Part shown: positions 13,638 to 24,771 of the stretch, piece by piece
Layout of the letters: every line of letters starts with the position of its first letter
How positions within the stretch are numbered: the first letter of the stretch is position 1
Assembly: GCF_003918875.1 (NCBI RefSeq)
Contig: NW_025767491.1
Location: 248,001 to 312,000 of the forward strand
DNA length: 64,000 nt
Reading direction: 5' to 3'
From: Haliotis rubra
Taxonomy: Eukaryota
The notes under the pieces: generated by a model
What the model saw: the letters and a program-made list of their open reading frames with translations, nothing else
Database searches by the model: none
Told to the model about the DNA's origin: nothing
Translations under genes and position numbers: made by a program

Positions 13638-13906
13638 GACCCGTGAAGATCCGGGGTAGAATAGGTCTTCAGCAACCCATGTGCTTGCCATAAAAGGCGA
13701 CTATGCTTGTCGTAAGAGGCGACTAACGGGATCGGGTTGTCAGTTTCGCTGACTTAGTTAACACATGTCATCGGTTCCCAATTGCGCAGATCGATGCTCA
13801 TGCTGTTGATCACTGGATTGTCTGGTCCAGACTCGATTATTTACAGACCGCCGCCATATAGCTGGAATATTGCTGAATGCGGCGTAAAACTAAACTCACT
13901 CACTCA
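13638..13906 (+). mobile_element. SINE-like family C (non-tRNA structured head, family-A-like tail), full length
   Basis: 15-bp TSD CTCGAAACATCCCCG. Confidence 0.88.
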
Positions 13907-15017
13907 CTCGAAACATCCCCGACTACATTCTTAAACAAGGTAGTCATTTCGTATTTGTGTCTAGCAGAGATCATATCGGTGTCGATCTCTGTGTAAAGTC
14001 AAGTGACTTATTTAGGTCAGTCTGTTGAAGTGGAAAGGTATCAGTCAGTGGAGTAGTAATCCACTCAGCCATGACCTATGGGGATACAATCTGTCTGACT
14101 TATAGAGAGACATCGTTATAAGTCCCCAGTTGTCCGTTTGTTTACTATACACACGAAACCGACTGCACCTTGGGACGTAGAAATAACGTGTAGTCTCGCA
14201 GTGCATTCGCCATTTGGAATCAATGATACTTTACGAGAAGATGCCCTAAGATTATATACCCTCCATATGATTGGATTAATTGATTGACATGATGGTATGG
14301 CATTTTATATACCCTGTGCCTTATATCTGGTGTTTTTTTACGTGCATATATTAAACATATATATTTCTACTTTCGTCTGAAGAAAGGTATTGTTTTAAAT
14401 GTATATACCATAGTCTTCAGTAAGTCTACAATAATGGCTTGAGTACATATGTTTTACTTGTTCTAATATTGATGTACATAGGGTGAGACTTAATAAGATA
14501 TCTGTCTAACTGTCTGTCGGAGTGACGTCAGTTTACGCATATTCAAATATGAGTTACTAGTAATTCGCATTTTGTAAGTTAAATCACATTTCGTACAACA
14601 GTTCACATTTTCTGACTAACCAGGGTTGCGATCTCTTGAAACAACTTTACTATCACAGCATACTACATCAAAGGATTTTATAAGCCCAAAGGTCTATTTC
14701 ATTAGAAGTCCTGTACGTTGGCGGGAGACGTGGTGTAACGGCACCATTACGGCGCGACAAGGGGTACCAGGCTGGAACATTAGCAAGCTTCATTGCAGTC
14801 ATTCAAAGCCAAGTGTTTCATGCCCATCGTTCCCGTTGTTGGCTGTCATAGTGTTCACACAGCGTTAGTACATGTATGGCGGTTTCACTGGGTGAGCCAG
14901 TGGAGACCTCCAGGCGATGTAGCTCGGAGAGAATGTTGCAATCTGTGATAGATACTTCTAAGTCTCCTAGTCCTAGTCATATACTGGACATGAACTAGAA
15001 GTTAATCTGATACAGAA

Positions 15018-15412
15018 TAGTGTTGGGAATTGGTTAAAAGCTCATAATTGATGATTGCTTCATTACCACCGATCATCATAGAAAATAATTGGTTAGCGTC
15101 ATTTATGAAATTTGTTAATGTTAAAGGAAAAAAACATGTAGATATTTTGGGGTTTGGGGCAAAATTTCACATCTTAAAGTATGACTAGTATGTTAGGAAC
15201 ATAAATCTCTTGGTGTCTTTAAGATAAATTCAATCATGACTTGGAACGCTTGTAGTGCTTATGAAATGTAACAGACAAAACCAACATATTGTTGATGAAA
15301 ACAAGTGTTCCAGAATTGTTTGTGTTCGATTATGAGAAAACATGATCGATTGCTTGGTCGTTTAGTCACTGCGACCAATCTTCGATTATTTCAATTAATC
15401 GGATCACCACTA
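15018..15412 (+). mobile_element. hAT-type MITE (TAGTG...CACTA), copy 1
   Basis: Perfect 8-bp TSD ATACAGAA; homologous to the copies at 22312 and 49649. Confidence 0.85.
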
Positions 15413-15609
15413 ATACAGAAACAAGATTTGTGGACAGAGATTAATTTTGTATCAAGATCGTAGACACCTAGGATGTTCTCCAGGTGCCTACCTTCTAACG
15501 TTATCCATGTTAGGATTCAAACACTGATCTGAGGCGCGATCAAGGAATGTCTTATTTACTAGGCACCCCACCACCATTTAAAGTTGTCCATGCCCTGTAT
15601 AGCATGTAA

Positions 15610-15771
15610 AGTGAATTAACATGGTTTTACGCTGCTTTTAGCAGTATTCCAGTAATATCACGGAGGGGGCACCTGAAATGGGCTTCACACATTGGACTCA
15701 TCTGGGGAATCGAACTCGGGTTTTCTGCGTGATAAGCAAACACTTTAACCACTACGCTACCCCACCGCCCC
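15610..15771 (-). mobile_element. SINE family A
   Basis: Similarity to the family. Confidence 0.75.
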
Positions 15772-16728
15772 TTCCTAGCAATTTCAAAAACGTCGTGGCT
15801 ACAGACGTTGTGTGTTTGTGTGTTTAGCGAGTGTCGGTGACATCACTGAAGGGTACCAGTCAGGCAATGTAAAACAAACCCTCATAATTAACGATTAAAA
15901 CATTAAGTAATTCTTGCCAGCTGAGTTTACAGTGAGTTTACAGTGTGTACGTTTGTATTTACAGTGTGTACGTTTATCCTACGCGCTGTACAGTCGCATC
16001 AAGGGGTAGATTATATTGGCTAGCCATCATCATCACCCCTTTAGGTAGAATGTCTTAGAACCATACCTGTTCCGCCTAGTCTTGCCTTGCTCCAGGGCTG
16101 TACTGAATGCTAAGCCCATGTACCATAGGCGGATCCAGAGTGGTTTGTGTGGTGTGTGCGTGTGTGCGCGTGTGTGTGCAGGGGGCGCGCAGCCATGTCC
16201 TGAAAGTTGACTACGTGACAACTCTCGTGAACACGCACGCACACACACACTGTATGCTGTATCCGCCCCTGTGGATGTTCAACACTTCTATCCTCTAAAG
16301 AGGAAGTCTTGTTATGCGGACAATTTTCAATTAAACCATTAATTATTACCTTAGAGACTTGTGTGTTTGTGTGAAATCCAGTTTTACGTTTGTAATTACA
16401 TTACTTCGTACTGTGCCCTTAATTCAGGGCAACCAAATTGGAAATCACATATAGTGCGGCTTGGGTAGCTGTAGAAAGGCAGTGTTTTGTTTGTTATGGA
16501 GAGGTTCTATATTTAGTGAACATTGTGATGTTCATATCATGGTTGCAACATCCATTCACAGGAAATTAACGCGTCTCGGGAGATGTAACCAGGGGCAACT
16601 GACGACTAATCTCATCCTGCACTATTTCCTGTAAATACGTATTGTCAGGTCTGGTGTATCTGGTTATTACACATTCGGCCTTTCGGGAAGAATGTTGTAC
16701 TGCCAGAAGCTAGTCTTACTTAGGAGTA

Positions 16729-16920
16729 CATTGGCGGATCCAGAGGGGTGGGTGGGGTGGGTGGGTTTCAGGGGTTCGAACCCCACCCCCCACCCCTTTG
16801 AAAATGACTTAAGACCACATTGAAGATTTTTGCGTTGACGGAGCCAATGGGGTTCAGGTGTTCGAACCGAACCTGCCCACCACCCCACCCCCCCTTTCAA
16901 AATTCCTGGATCCGCCCATG
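16729..16920. mobile_element. MITE with CA..GGCGGATCCAG TIRs
   Basis: Inverted termini, GAGTA direct flanks; similar termini at 16124-16271 and 55849-55980. Confidence 0.65.
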
Positions 16921-17100
16921 GAGTAAGTTCTTGAATGAATGTGTTTTACCGCCGCAGTCAGCAACATCTCAGCAATATCACGACTGTCACAACTGAGTCT
17001 TGATCACGAACATTAGTAATTGAAAGTACGAGCATATAGCATACATTGTTTGTTACTTTCAAATGTAACAGACAGTATGTCATGAGATGGTTTTTGCCAA

Positions 17101-17254
17101 TGGGTAGCATAGTGGTTAAAGCGTTCCCACGTCACGCCGAAGACCCGGGTTCGATTCACCACATATTTACAATGTGCGAACCCATTTCTGGTGTCCCCCA
17201 TCGTCATATTGCTGGAATATGTTAAAGGCGGCATAAAACCATACTCACTCACTC
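17101..17254 (+). mobile_element. SINE family A
   Basis: A/B boxes and tail. Confidence 0.78.
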
Positions 17255-18017
17255 TCATATTTCCAATACAATTTCATAAAGAAGTTAGGATTGATTCCTA
17301 AATTGCAAATAATTTATGAACAACAAACTTCTACATTGACAGAAACATCATTTGTGCTAAGTCAACACATTCGTGTCGTGATGTTCTATATTAAGCATCC
17401 AGCCGTTCACCCAGATACTCATCGAGCGGAACCGGCGATATACTTGACGCAAGATGAACGCTTACAATGCTTATTAAGAAGCAATGAAAACTTACCCCAT
17501 TACGGCCAGTGGACAAACAATCCGATTACTTCAGTAGACTGCAGCGTGTAGCAAGAGCCGAGGAAAGAAACGCGAGATCCCGACGTCTATAAGTATGTAC
17601 TACCGTATAAAGTCGCCACTTCCGAGAAAACCATGTCCTCATAGAAGTGTGCCCACCGAGTCTCGGAATGACGATCGTCTCACTTCGGGCAGTATACGTC
17701 AGTCGCCTTTGTTGTATGGTACAGTACGAGTCACGGTCACAGCCCAGCGGCTATATACAGTCCCACGGATAGGACAGTCACAACTAGGAAGTACATATCA
17801 TACTCGGGAAGAAGGCCTAAAAGCGACTATTCTAAACCCTTTCAACAGTGTTCAGAAATTTCTGCGAACAGCATAAGTAGTCTATTGTACGACTCTGGCT
17901 CAAACATTATCAGGTGTTTATGAATCACGATCAGTAATGATACCAGGTGACTGAGGTGTGTGTATATTGTACCACCGTCACAATCACATACAAATGCACG
18001 TCACGTCTGTAAAACCA

Positions 18018-18218
18018 TAACAACGACGACGACGACAACAACAACGACTCAACGTCAACAAAATCAAAAGAACGAAAAAACAAAAGCAAAAAAACCCAAA
18101 AAAAACAAATATTAAAAAAACCCGAAAAAACCCCAAAATGAAAGCAAAAAACAACGACAAACAAACTCCCCGAACAACCAAAAACGAAACAACAACAAAG
18201 AATGAGAAAACAAATATA
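18018..18218. repeat. A-rich low-complexity tract with (ACG)n/(ACA)n
   Basis: Composition; explains the Phe-rich ORFs at 17931 and 17984. Confidence 0.8.
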
Positions 18219-18472
18219 ACACGGGAACTCTTGATTGGAGTCAAAATGTTGAATTGTCAAACAAGGTAAAACTGACCTGACTGTCCGAAGTCTTGTGGAT
18301 ATTTTGTGTCCCTTTGACTCTCTATTCATACATCGTATTATGTTGCATGTATTTCTAGCTCATATAGATACATCAGAGGACGGCAACTGTCTGTTTGACA
18401 TATGAATTATAACTATGATCTTCCCTTGAAATGCAGGAACCAAAAAGTGAGCAAAAATGACGTATGTTAATA

Positions 18473-21280
18473 CACTGTAAAATATTACCGTTGAAATTAC
18501 AGTCCATCCACTGTTATTTCTATACGGTTTGTTACCGTGGCTCTCACGTACGGTGCGTTACCGTCAATAAACCACATATACGGTACTGCCCAGTTAATTT
18601 AGTGTATTGTGGGACATGATCCGGGCATTATAGTAGTATCGGTGACATTTTCTGAAACTCTCCTCTCCGATGTAAGAAATGTTTTGAGCCGAATAAGGAA
18701 CTGTGTAAGAAGTTAAGGTTTTTTGTTACTACAAAAGGTCTAGATTCATGCTGATGTACAATTACCTGTTTACATTTGCTATATTTCTGGCTATCGCACT
18801 TGCACGTGTACGGCCAATGGCTACATATTGCTGTGATCATTGCAACTTCAGTTGCGATCGTCCTTTGAGATACGTTTCTCATTACAAATTTCATCGCAAT
18901 ATCCCAAATGTGATATATCGCTGTTGTTTTCAAACTTGCGAAAAGTTTTTTGTCAAATATTCAGCCTTTAAGTCACATGTAATAAGATCACATTGCCGAA
19001 GGCCGATGGTCCATGGTGCAACTAATAGGGGGCACTTTGCAAGTCGTTTAGCTGAGTCAAAAGATTTGAATTTAAAATGTACAGTTTTGGATTGTCATAA
19101 TATATTTGTCAATTTCCCAAGTTTAGTTGCTCATTTGAAAAGGCATTTCACAAATAATGAAAAAGTTCAGTGTCCATTTGAATCCTGTCAGGGGAAGCCA
19201 CCATTTAGTAAGAAATCAACTTTTTCTTCACACCTCTCCAGAAAACATTTACATGATGATTGGAAACAATTATCAAAAGAAATTAAGCTGTCACTTAATT
19301 CTGAAAATGAAAGCACACACGATAATGGTTTTGGAGAACCAGTCCATGCCGTTGATGTTAACCCAGATGAGGATGGAGATTCTGTTTTGCAAATAGGTGA
19401 AAATAATCAAGACCAACTGAATGAATCTTTTGATACAGAAACTGTTGATGAATTTCAAGTAAATGAGAAAACAAGCTATGATTTCTAAAAAGTCTTGCTG
19501 CGTTTTACCTCAAGTTGCAAGGAAAATATTTATTGCCAGAATCAGTTATTCAAGTGTTGATCACTGAATTTCAAGAGATGCATGAGATAAGTCTTTCTAT
19601 TCAGTTACAAAAGTTACATGAAAGAATGCAATCAATGAGGGTACCAGAAGACATTATCAGTGAAGTTAAGTCAGAAATCACAAAGTCTGACTTGTTTACA
19701 ACATGCAACAGTGGACCACTGCAAAGTGCCCCCAAAAGAAAAAAACTTTTGGCAAGAATCACTTTGTGTATATTGAGCCAAAAGAAATATTTCTTGGTTA
19801 TGATAGCAACAATAAGGCAAAAACCTATCATTATGTGCCTATCTGTGAAGCATTAGCCATGCTTTTCAAAAACTTCAAATCGCATTTTAAATTTGGCACC
19901 TCTACTGGAAATGCATGTGGCACACTATCAGATATTTGTGATGGAAATGCATTTAAATCTAATGATTTTTTAGCCACTGAAGGTAAACGTTTCCAGTTGA
20001 TTCTTTATCAGGATGCGTTTGAAGTGGTCAATCCTCTTGGGGCAGCAAAGGAAAAACACAAGCTGATTGGTGTATATTTTACACTTGGTAACTTTGAGTC
20101 CTATAAAAGATCCAGTATTGATCATATGCAGTTGTTATGTAGAGAAATAGAAATAAAACAGTTTGGACAAAGAAAGGTATTTGAAAAGTTGTTAGCAGAC
20201 CTGAAAATACTTGAAAACACAGGAATTACTGTGAATTCTGACTCTGGAAAAAGCGTTCTTAAGGGATCACTTATTTGTATTCTTGGTGACAATCTGGGTT
20301 CTCATATGATAGGGGGCTTTCAAGAGAGCTTTTCAGCTCAATACTTTTGCAGGTACTGTCACATGACACAAGTTGATTTGAAGAGCCATAAATTTGAACA
20401 GGCTGGGCATGAAGGAAGAACAAAACAGTCTTATGATGAATGTGTTTCACACACTATTGATAATCCTGGAATGTCATGCCATGGTATAAAACAGGTTTCA
20501 GTATTTAATTCTCTGACATGACTTATTTGAGGGAGTTGTCTCTTATGATATCTCACTCATGATAGACTATTTTGTTGGCTTGGGCTGTGTATGTACATGC
20601 AAGCCACTGTTAAGAAAACCATGTGAGTACTGTATGGTGTTTTCAGTGTAGTTTACCTGAACATGCTTAAATTACTAGCCAGCAAAAGTGGTGTTGTATC
20701 TGCTGATAATAATTAAAGTGTTCATTTATTTATAATTGCTGTCAATAATGATATGTTTTGATCTGAAGAAAATGGGACTCCTTTTTCATTCACTTATAAG
20801 GGAATAGCAGTTAATAAGGTTGAATTGCACACTATCGTGACTGTTGGATTTGCCTCTTATTTTGTGGTATGCATGTAATGTGTATGTACATGCAAGCCAG
20901 TGTTAAGAAAACCATGTGAAAATAATTAAAGTGCTTATTTTAAGAAAAATTCTCCCTTTGTCTTTTGTTAATGTTGAAAGTGTGTATTTAATTTTGGTTT
21001 TAAAAGGTAAGTTACAGGACTTCAGTGTAATATGTTGTGTGTTATGATACAACAGTGAAATTCATGGCATCTTTTTGCTTCAGGCAGATTACTGTATGTA
21101 CTGTAACTACGGTTTAATGCCTGGCAGCTGGTTGCCAACAAATTACCGTACCTACGTGGAAAGCCTGTATCTACAGTGAGGTGCTGTACTTACGGTACAA
21201 CCATTTTTACTACGGTAATCTGCTGGCAACCAGCTGCCAGGCATTATACCGTAACAAAATCACGGTAATTTTTTACAGTG
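18473..21280 (+). mobile_element. Defective CACTA/EnSpm (CMC superfamily) DNA transposon, 2.8 kb
   Basis: 19-bp TIRs CACTGTAAAA(T/A)ATTACCGT with 1 mismatch, TA on both flanks, multiple subterminal TACCGT/ACGGTA repeats at both ends, internal transposase remnants. Confidence 0.88.
18818..20586 (+). pseudogene. Frameshifted, truncated CMC/EnSpm-type transposase with N-terminal C2H2 zinc fingers
   Basis: Four C2H2-like fingers, then LYQDAFEVVNPLG..KHKL..VYF.LGN, GDNLGSH.IGGF.ESF, FCRYC and an out-of-frame HDLFEG. Frameshifts near 19485, 19745 and 20518; C-terminal part missing. Confidence 0.85.
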
Positions 21281-21329
21281 TACACGTTAACCCATGTCAA
21301 GTCAAACGATGTCATTCAGTCAATGAATA

Positions 21330-21490
21330 GGGCGGTAGGGTAGCATAATTGTTAAAGCGTTCGCTCGTCACGCCGAAGACCCGGGTTCTATTCCCCACAT
21401 GGGGACAATGTGTGAAGCCCACTTATGTTGTCCCGTGTCGTGATATTGCTGGAATATTGCTAAAGGCGGCGTAAAACCAAACTAAGTCAA
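21330..21490 (+). mobile_element. SINE family A
   Basis: A/B boxes and tail. Confidence 0.8.
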
Positions 21491-22311
21491 TCTATGACTA
21501 AACTTTTACTCAAGATAGTGAGCATTTCATTTTATTGTGGACATTAATCAAATATCTGGAATGGTGGCCGGGTCCACACAGTCAAATAACCCAGTGTCTT
21601 GTGTTTGTGGCAGCCTGGTAAGCATCTCGATTACAGGGGTACTTGATATGATCTTTGGACATCTAAAATGGTGCATATCCTAAAGAGCGGAGACTCACAT
21701 CCTTCCATTAACTGATGTGGCGGGAGCAAAGGTCAGTTATTGTCTAGTGACATATGGCATTGACCTACGCCGTCTATCACTGACAGTCACAACCGGGAGA
21801 AGTAAAACGTTTACTCAGTTGAATTAGTGAGCTGACAATTTCAGAGGATAAACAACAACACCAACACCAGCAACAACAACAACAACGTCGACGACGACGA
21901 CAACATTTATTTTTCAAAGCCATACCCACCATCGAGATTCATGTAGTAACACAACCCTTTTAGTTCTTTCAAGAGTGAGTGAGTGAGTGCTGTTTCTTGC
22001 GTAACGCCGCAATATTCCAGCTATATGATGGAAACCACTCCAATTGAAGTCCCAGTGAGGCGGGAGATGTACTGACCCTCTAGCCTTGCTTCGTTTAGGA
22101 CAATTGTCTTACAGTAAGGCAGGGTGAAACGGAAATGATATGGTTCAGGAACTGTGAAACCTTCTGGTCCACAATGTTGGTTGTTTGGCACTTAGCAATA
22201 CTCCAGCTGTATGGCCTAGGTCTGTAAATAATCGAGTCTGGTCCAGACAATCCAGTGATCAGCATCATGATCATCGTTGCATGCAATTGGGATACAATGA
22301 CATGTGTCAAC

Positions 22312-22738
22312 TAGTGGTGTTCCGATTAATTGAAATAATCGAAGATGGTCGCAGTGACCAAACGACCAAGCAATCGATCACATTTGCTCATAATCGAACA
22401 TAAACAGTTTTGGAACTTCTGTTTTAGTGTTTGAAATACTTGACGATGGAACATATCTTAGAAGTTGTCAGGTCCTGAAAACATGTCTAATTCTTAGAAA
22501 AGTCGCTTCACTAACTGAAAAGTCATGACTAAATATTTCTCTAAGACTCCAGGAAGTTTATGTTCATGATATATTAGTCATCACTTTAAAGTAGCAAGTT
22601 GCATCATGTTATACTTTTCTGCAATAACAACCTGGATAGGAAAATCTGAAAAATGAGGCTAACCAATGTTTTTCGATGATTGTTCGTTGGTAATGAAGCA
22701 ATCGTCAAGTGTGAGATTTCAACCAATTCCCAACACTA
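22312..22738 (-). mobile_element. hAT-type MITE, copy 2, nested in a family C element
   Basis: 8-bp TSD GTGTCAAC. Confidence 0.85.
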
Positions 22739-22749
22739 GTGTCAACCTG

Positions 22750-22864
22750 TGGCTCCTTTCGCGGAACAACCTTTACTAAGGTTAACCTTAACCCCCATTA
22801 TTTAACATTGTACTAAGGTTACCTTGTGACTTACGATCACCTTAGTGCTTTGTGAAAGGAGGCC
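22750..22864. mobile_element. Harbinger-type MITE nested in a family C element
   Basis: CTG TSD; homologous to 45203-45318. Confidence 0.7.
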
Positions 22865-23914
22865 CTGGTCATCGAGCCTGAGCCCCCGATCCCACCAGTA
22901 GCCTCTTACGACAGGGTTGTGTGAGTGTCTGGGTGAGTAAGGTTTTGTCATATCTAGGGGACAACAAGATTACTTTGCGGGCATTATACTTTGAGCTGAC
23001 CTTGGGGCGAGTGGCTCGGTCACTTGGTGTAACGCCGCTCTGAACAACAGGTCAGTTAAATGCTTGAGGAAATGTGGCCAAAAGTGACACAGGCGTTTTC
23101 CACTTCAGTGAAATCTACGAAACCTATGGTATGCAATGACTGATGGGATCGCAATTTGGGATCTGGGATCCTCGTCCTTGTAAATAAATTTATTCTGCCC
23201 AGCTCACTACAGCGCCTTTGACCTCTCACTCACCTCTGCACCTCAATCCAGTTGGGAGGGCATGTGTGCTTGTGAGATATCTACGCTCTTCTAAACACTG
23301 AACATAAGGAAATACGGTCAAGTTACTCGTGTTGATAGAATGTGATCATGTACAGAATAGCTTTAATGTCTCGCTAGAGATCATAACGAGGTCCATGTTG
23401 TGAATACAGCCAAATGCAACAGTTACCATGTTCTGGCACGGTAAAGGGAGGTAACTCAAACCACTGGCAGCTCCCTAGACGAATGGGTTACACAAAACCC
23501 TGGTTCAATAACAGAAGGAATCCTTTATTACTTCTAAAGTCTGAGCAAATGGGTAAACATGTTAAGATAATCAGTTATAATGGTCACACTTACAGGTCAG
23601 AAGTCCCAAACACACAAGAATAACGTGGAAGACCTGGTTAGAGTCCTGACATGGGCACAATGTCTGAAGCCCATTTCTGGTGTCCCCCGCAGTGATATTG
23701 CTGGAATATTGCTAAAAACGGCTTAAACCTAAACTCACTTGGGTACAGCTTGTAATTATATTCGTTAATGTATTGATAAATTCTAGTACATACTTACGCC
23801 TTGAACCAGGAAATTCATGCAGAAAGGTTATACGTAATGATATTTTATAGCTGGGTTTATATATCACTGTTAGTTTTGCGCCGCAGACAGCAATGTTCAA
23901 GAGATGACGTTGGT

Positions 23915-24085
23915 GAAGTTGGTGGAATAAAGATGACAAGACTTTATGGATGAATTAACTTCTTTGTTTTGACAATGGCGACGTTTCGGTATAGATTCTC
24001 ATACCGGTTTCAAGCATACACGTCGCCATTGTCAAAATATAGAAGATCATCCATAAAGTCTTGTCATCTCTATACCACCAACTTC
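23915..24085. mobile_element. Penelope-like element terminal fragment in inverted arrangement
   Basis: ~70-bp inverted arms around a degenerate hammerhead-like core; related sequence at ~57870-57950. Confidence 0.55.
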
Positions 24086-24230
24086 TAGAATGCCACTCAA
24101 ACAAAAGCGATGTTCCAGCTCTATCACGACGGACTGTTAGTGATTCAACCGACCCAGACGAGCCAGGCACAGATTGTCGGTGAGCGAAGAACTAACCCAA
24201 TCTGATCCGACATCTAGCCAACAGTGGGGA

Positions 24231-24583
24231 GACCCATGAAGATTCGGGTTAGAATTGGTCTTCAGTAACCCATGCTTGTCGTAAGAGGCGACTAACGGGA
24301 CCGTGTGGTCAGGCTCGCTGACTTGGCTGACACATGGCATTGCATCCCAGTTGTGTAGAACGATGCTCATGATGTTGATCACTGATTGTCTGGTCCAGAC
24401 TCGATTATTTACGGACCGCCGTTATATAGATTAGCTGGAATATTGCTGAGTGTTTCGTATAACAAGGGGTGGTCGTGATCTCGTCCCACATTGGGGATCA
24501 GGGGTCTGCCTCACCCGACATCTTACAGACCACCGCCATAAAGCTGGAATATTGCTGAATACGGCGTTAAACAACAAACCAAA
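24231..24583 (+). mobile_element. Family C composite copy with 3' extension and second tail
   Basis: TSD CCAACAGTGGGGA brackets the whole composite. Confidence 0.8.
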
Positions 24584-24771
24584 CCAACAGTGGGGACCAG
24601 AGAGTCTCACAGTCCCTGAACCATATTATTTCAGCTTCACCCAGCCTGTAATGCAAATGTCCAAGACGAAGCAAGGCTAGATTTGTCACAGGGTTAGTAA
24701 ATCACCTGCCTTATTGGATCTGTTTTTCTAATTAAATGTGATTTCTTTACACTTTCAGAGGTTAGTATGGG

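Larger units (their letters stand above)
22190..22920 (-). mobile_element. Family C copy interrupted by two MITEs
   Basis: Family C sequence resumes after both insertions. Confidence 0.75.

Noticed and set aside
13638-13740. Family C head as a canonical HDV-like ribozyme (CUAA before the final pairing strand)
   Set aside because: No room for P3/L3 and the P1 3' strand in HDV order; kept only as an unclassified structured-RNA candidate.
14795-14850. SECIS-like ATGA...AA...GA on the minus strand (also at 17375-17422)
   Set aside because: Helix II is only ~6 bp in the first; the second lacks the 3' GA of the quartet.
17931-18329. Phe/Val-rich membrane-protein-like ORFs
   Set aside because: Reverse complement of an A-rich low-complexity tract.
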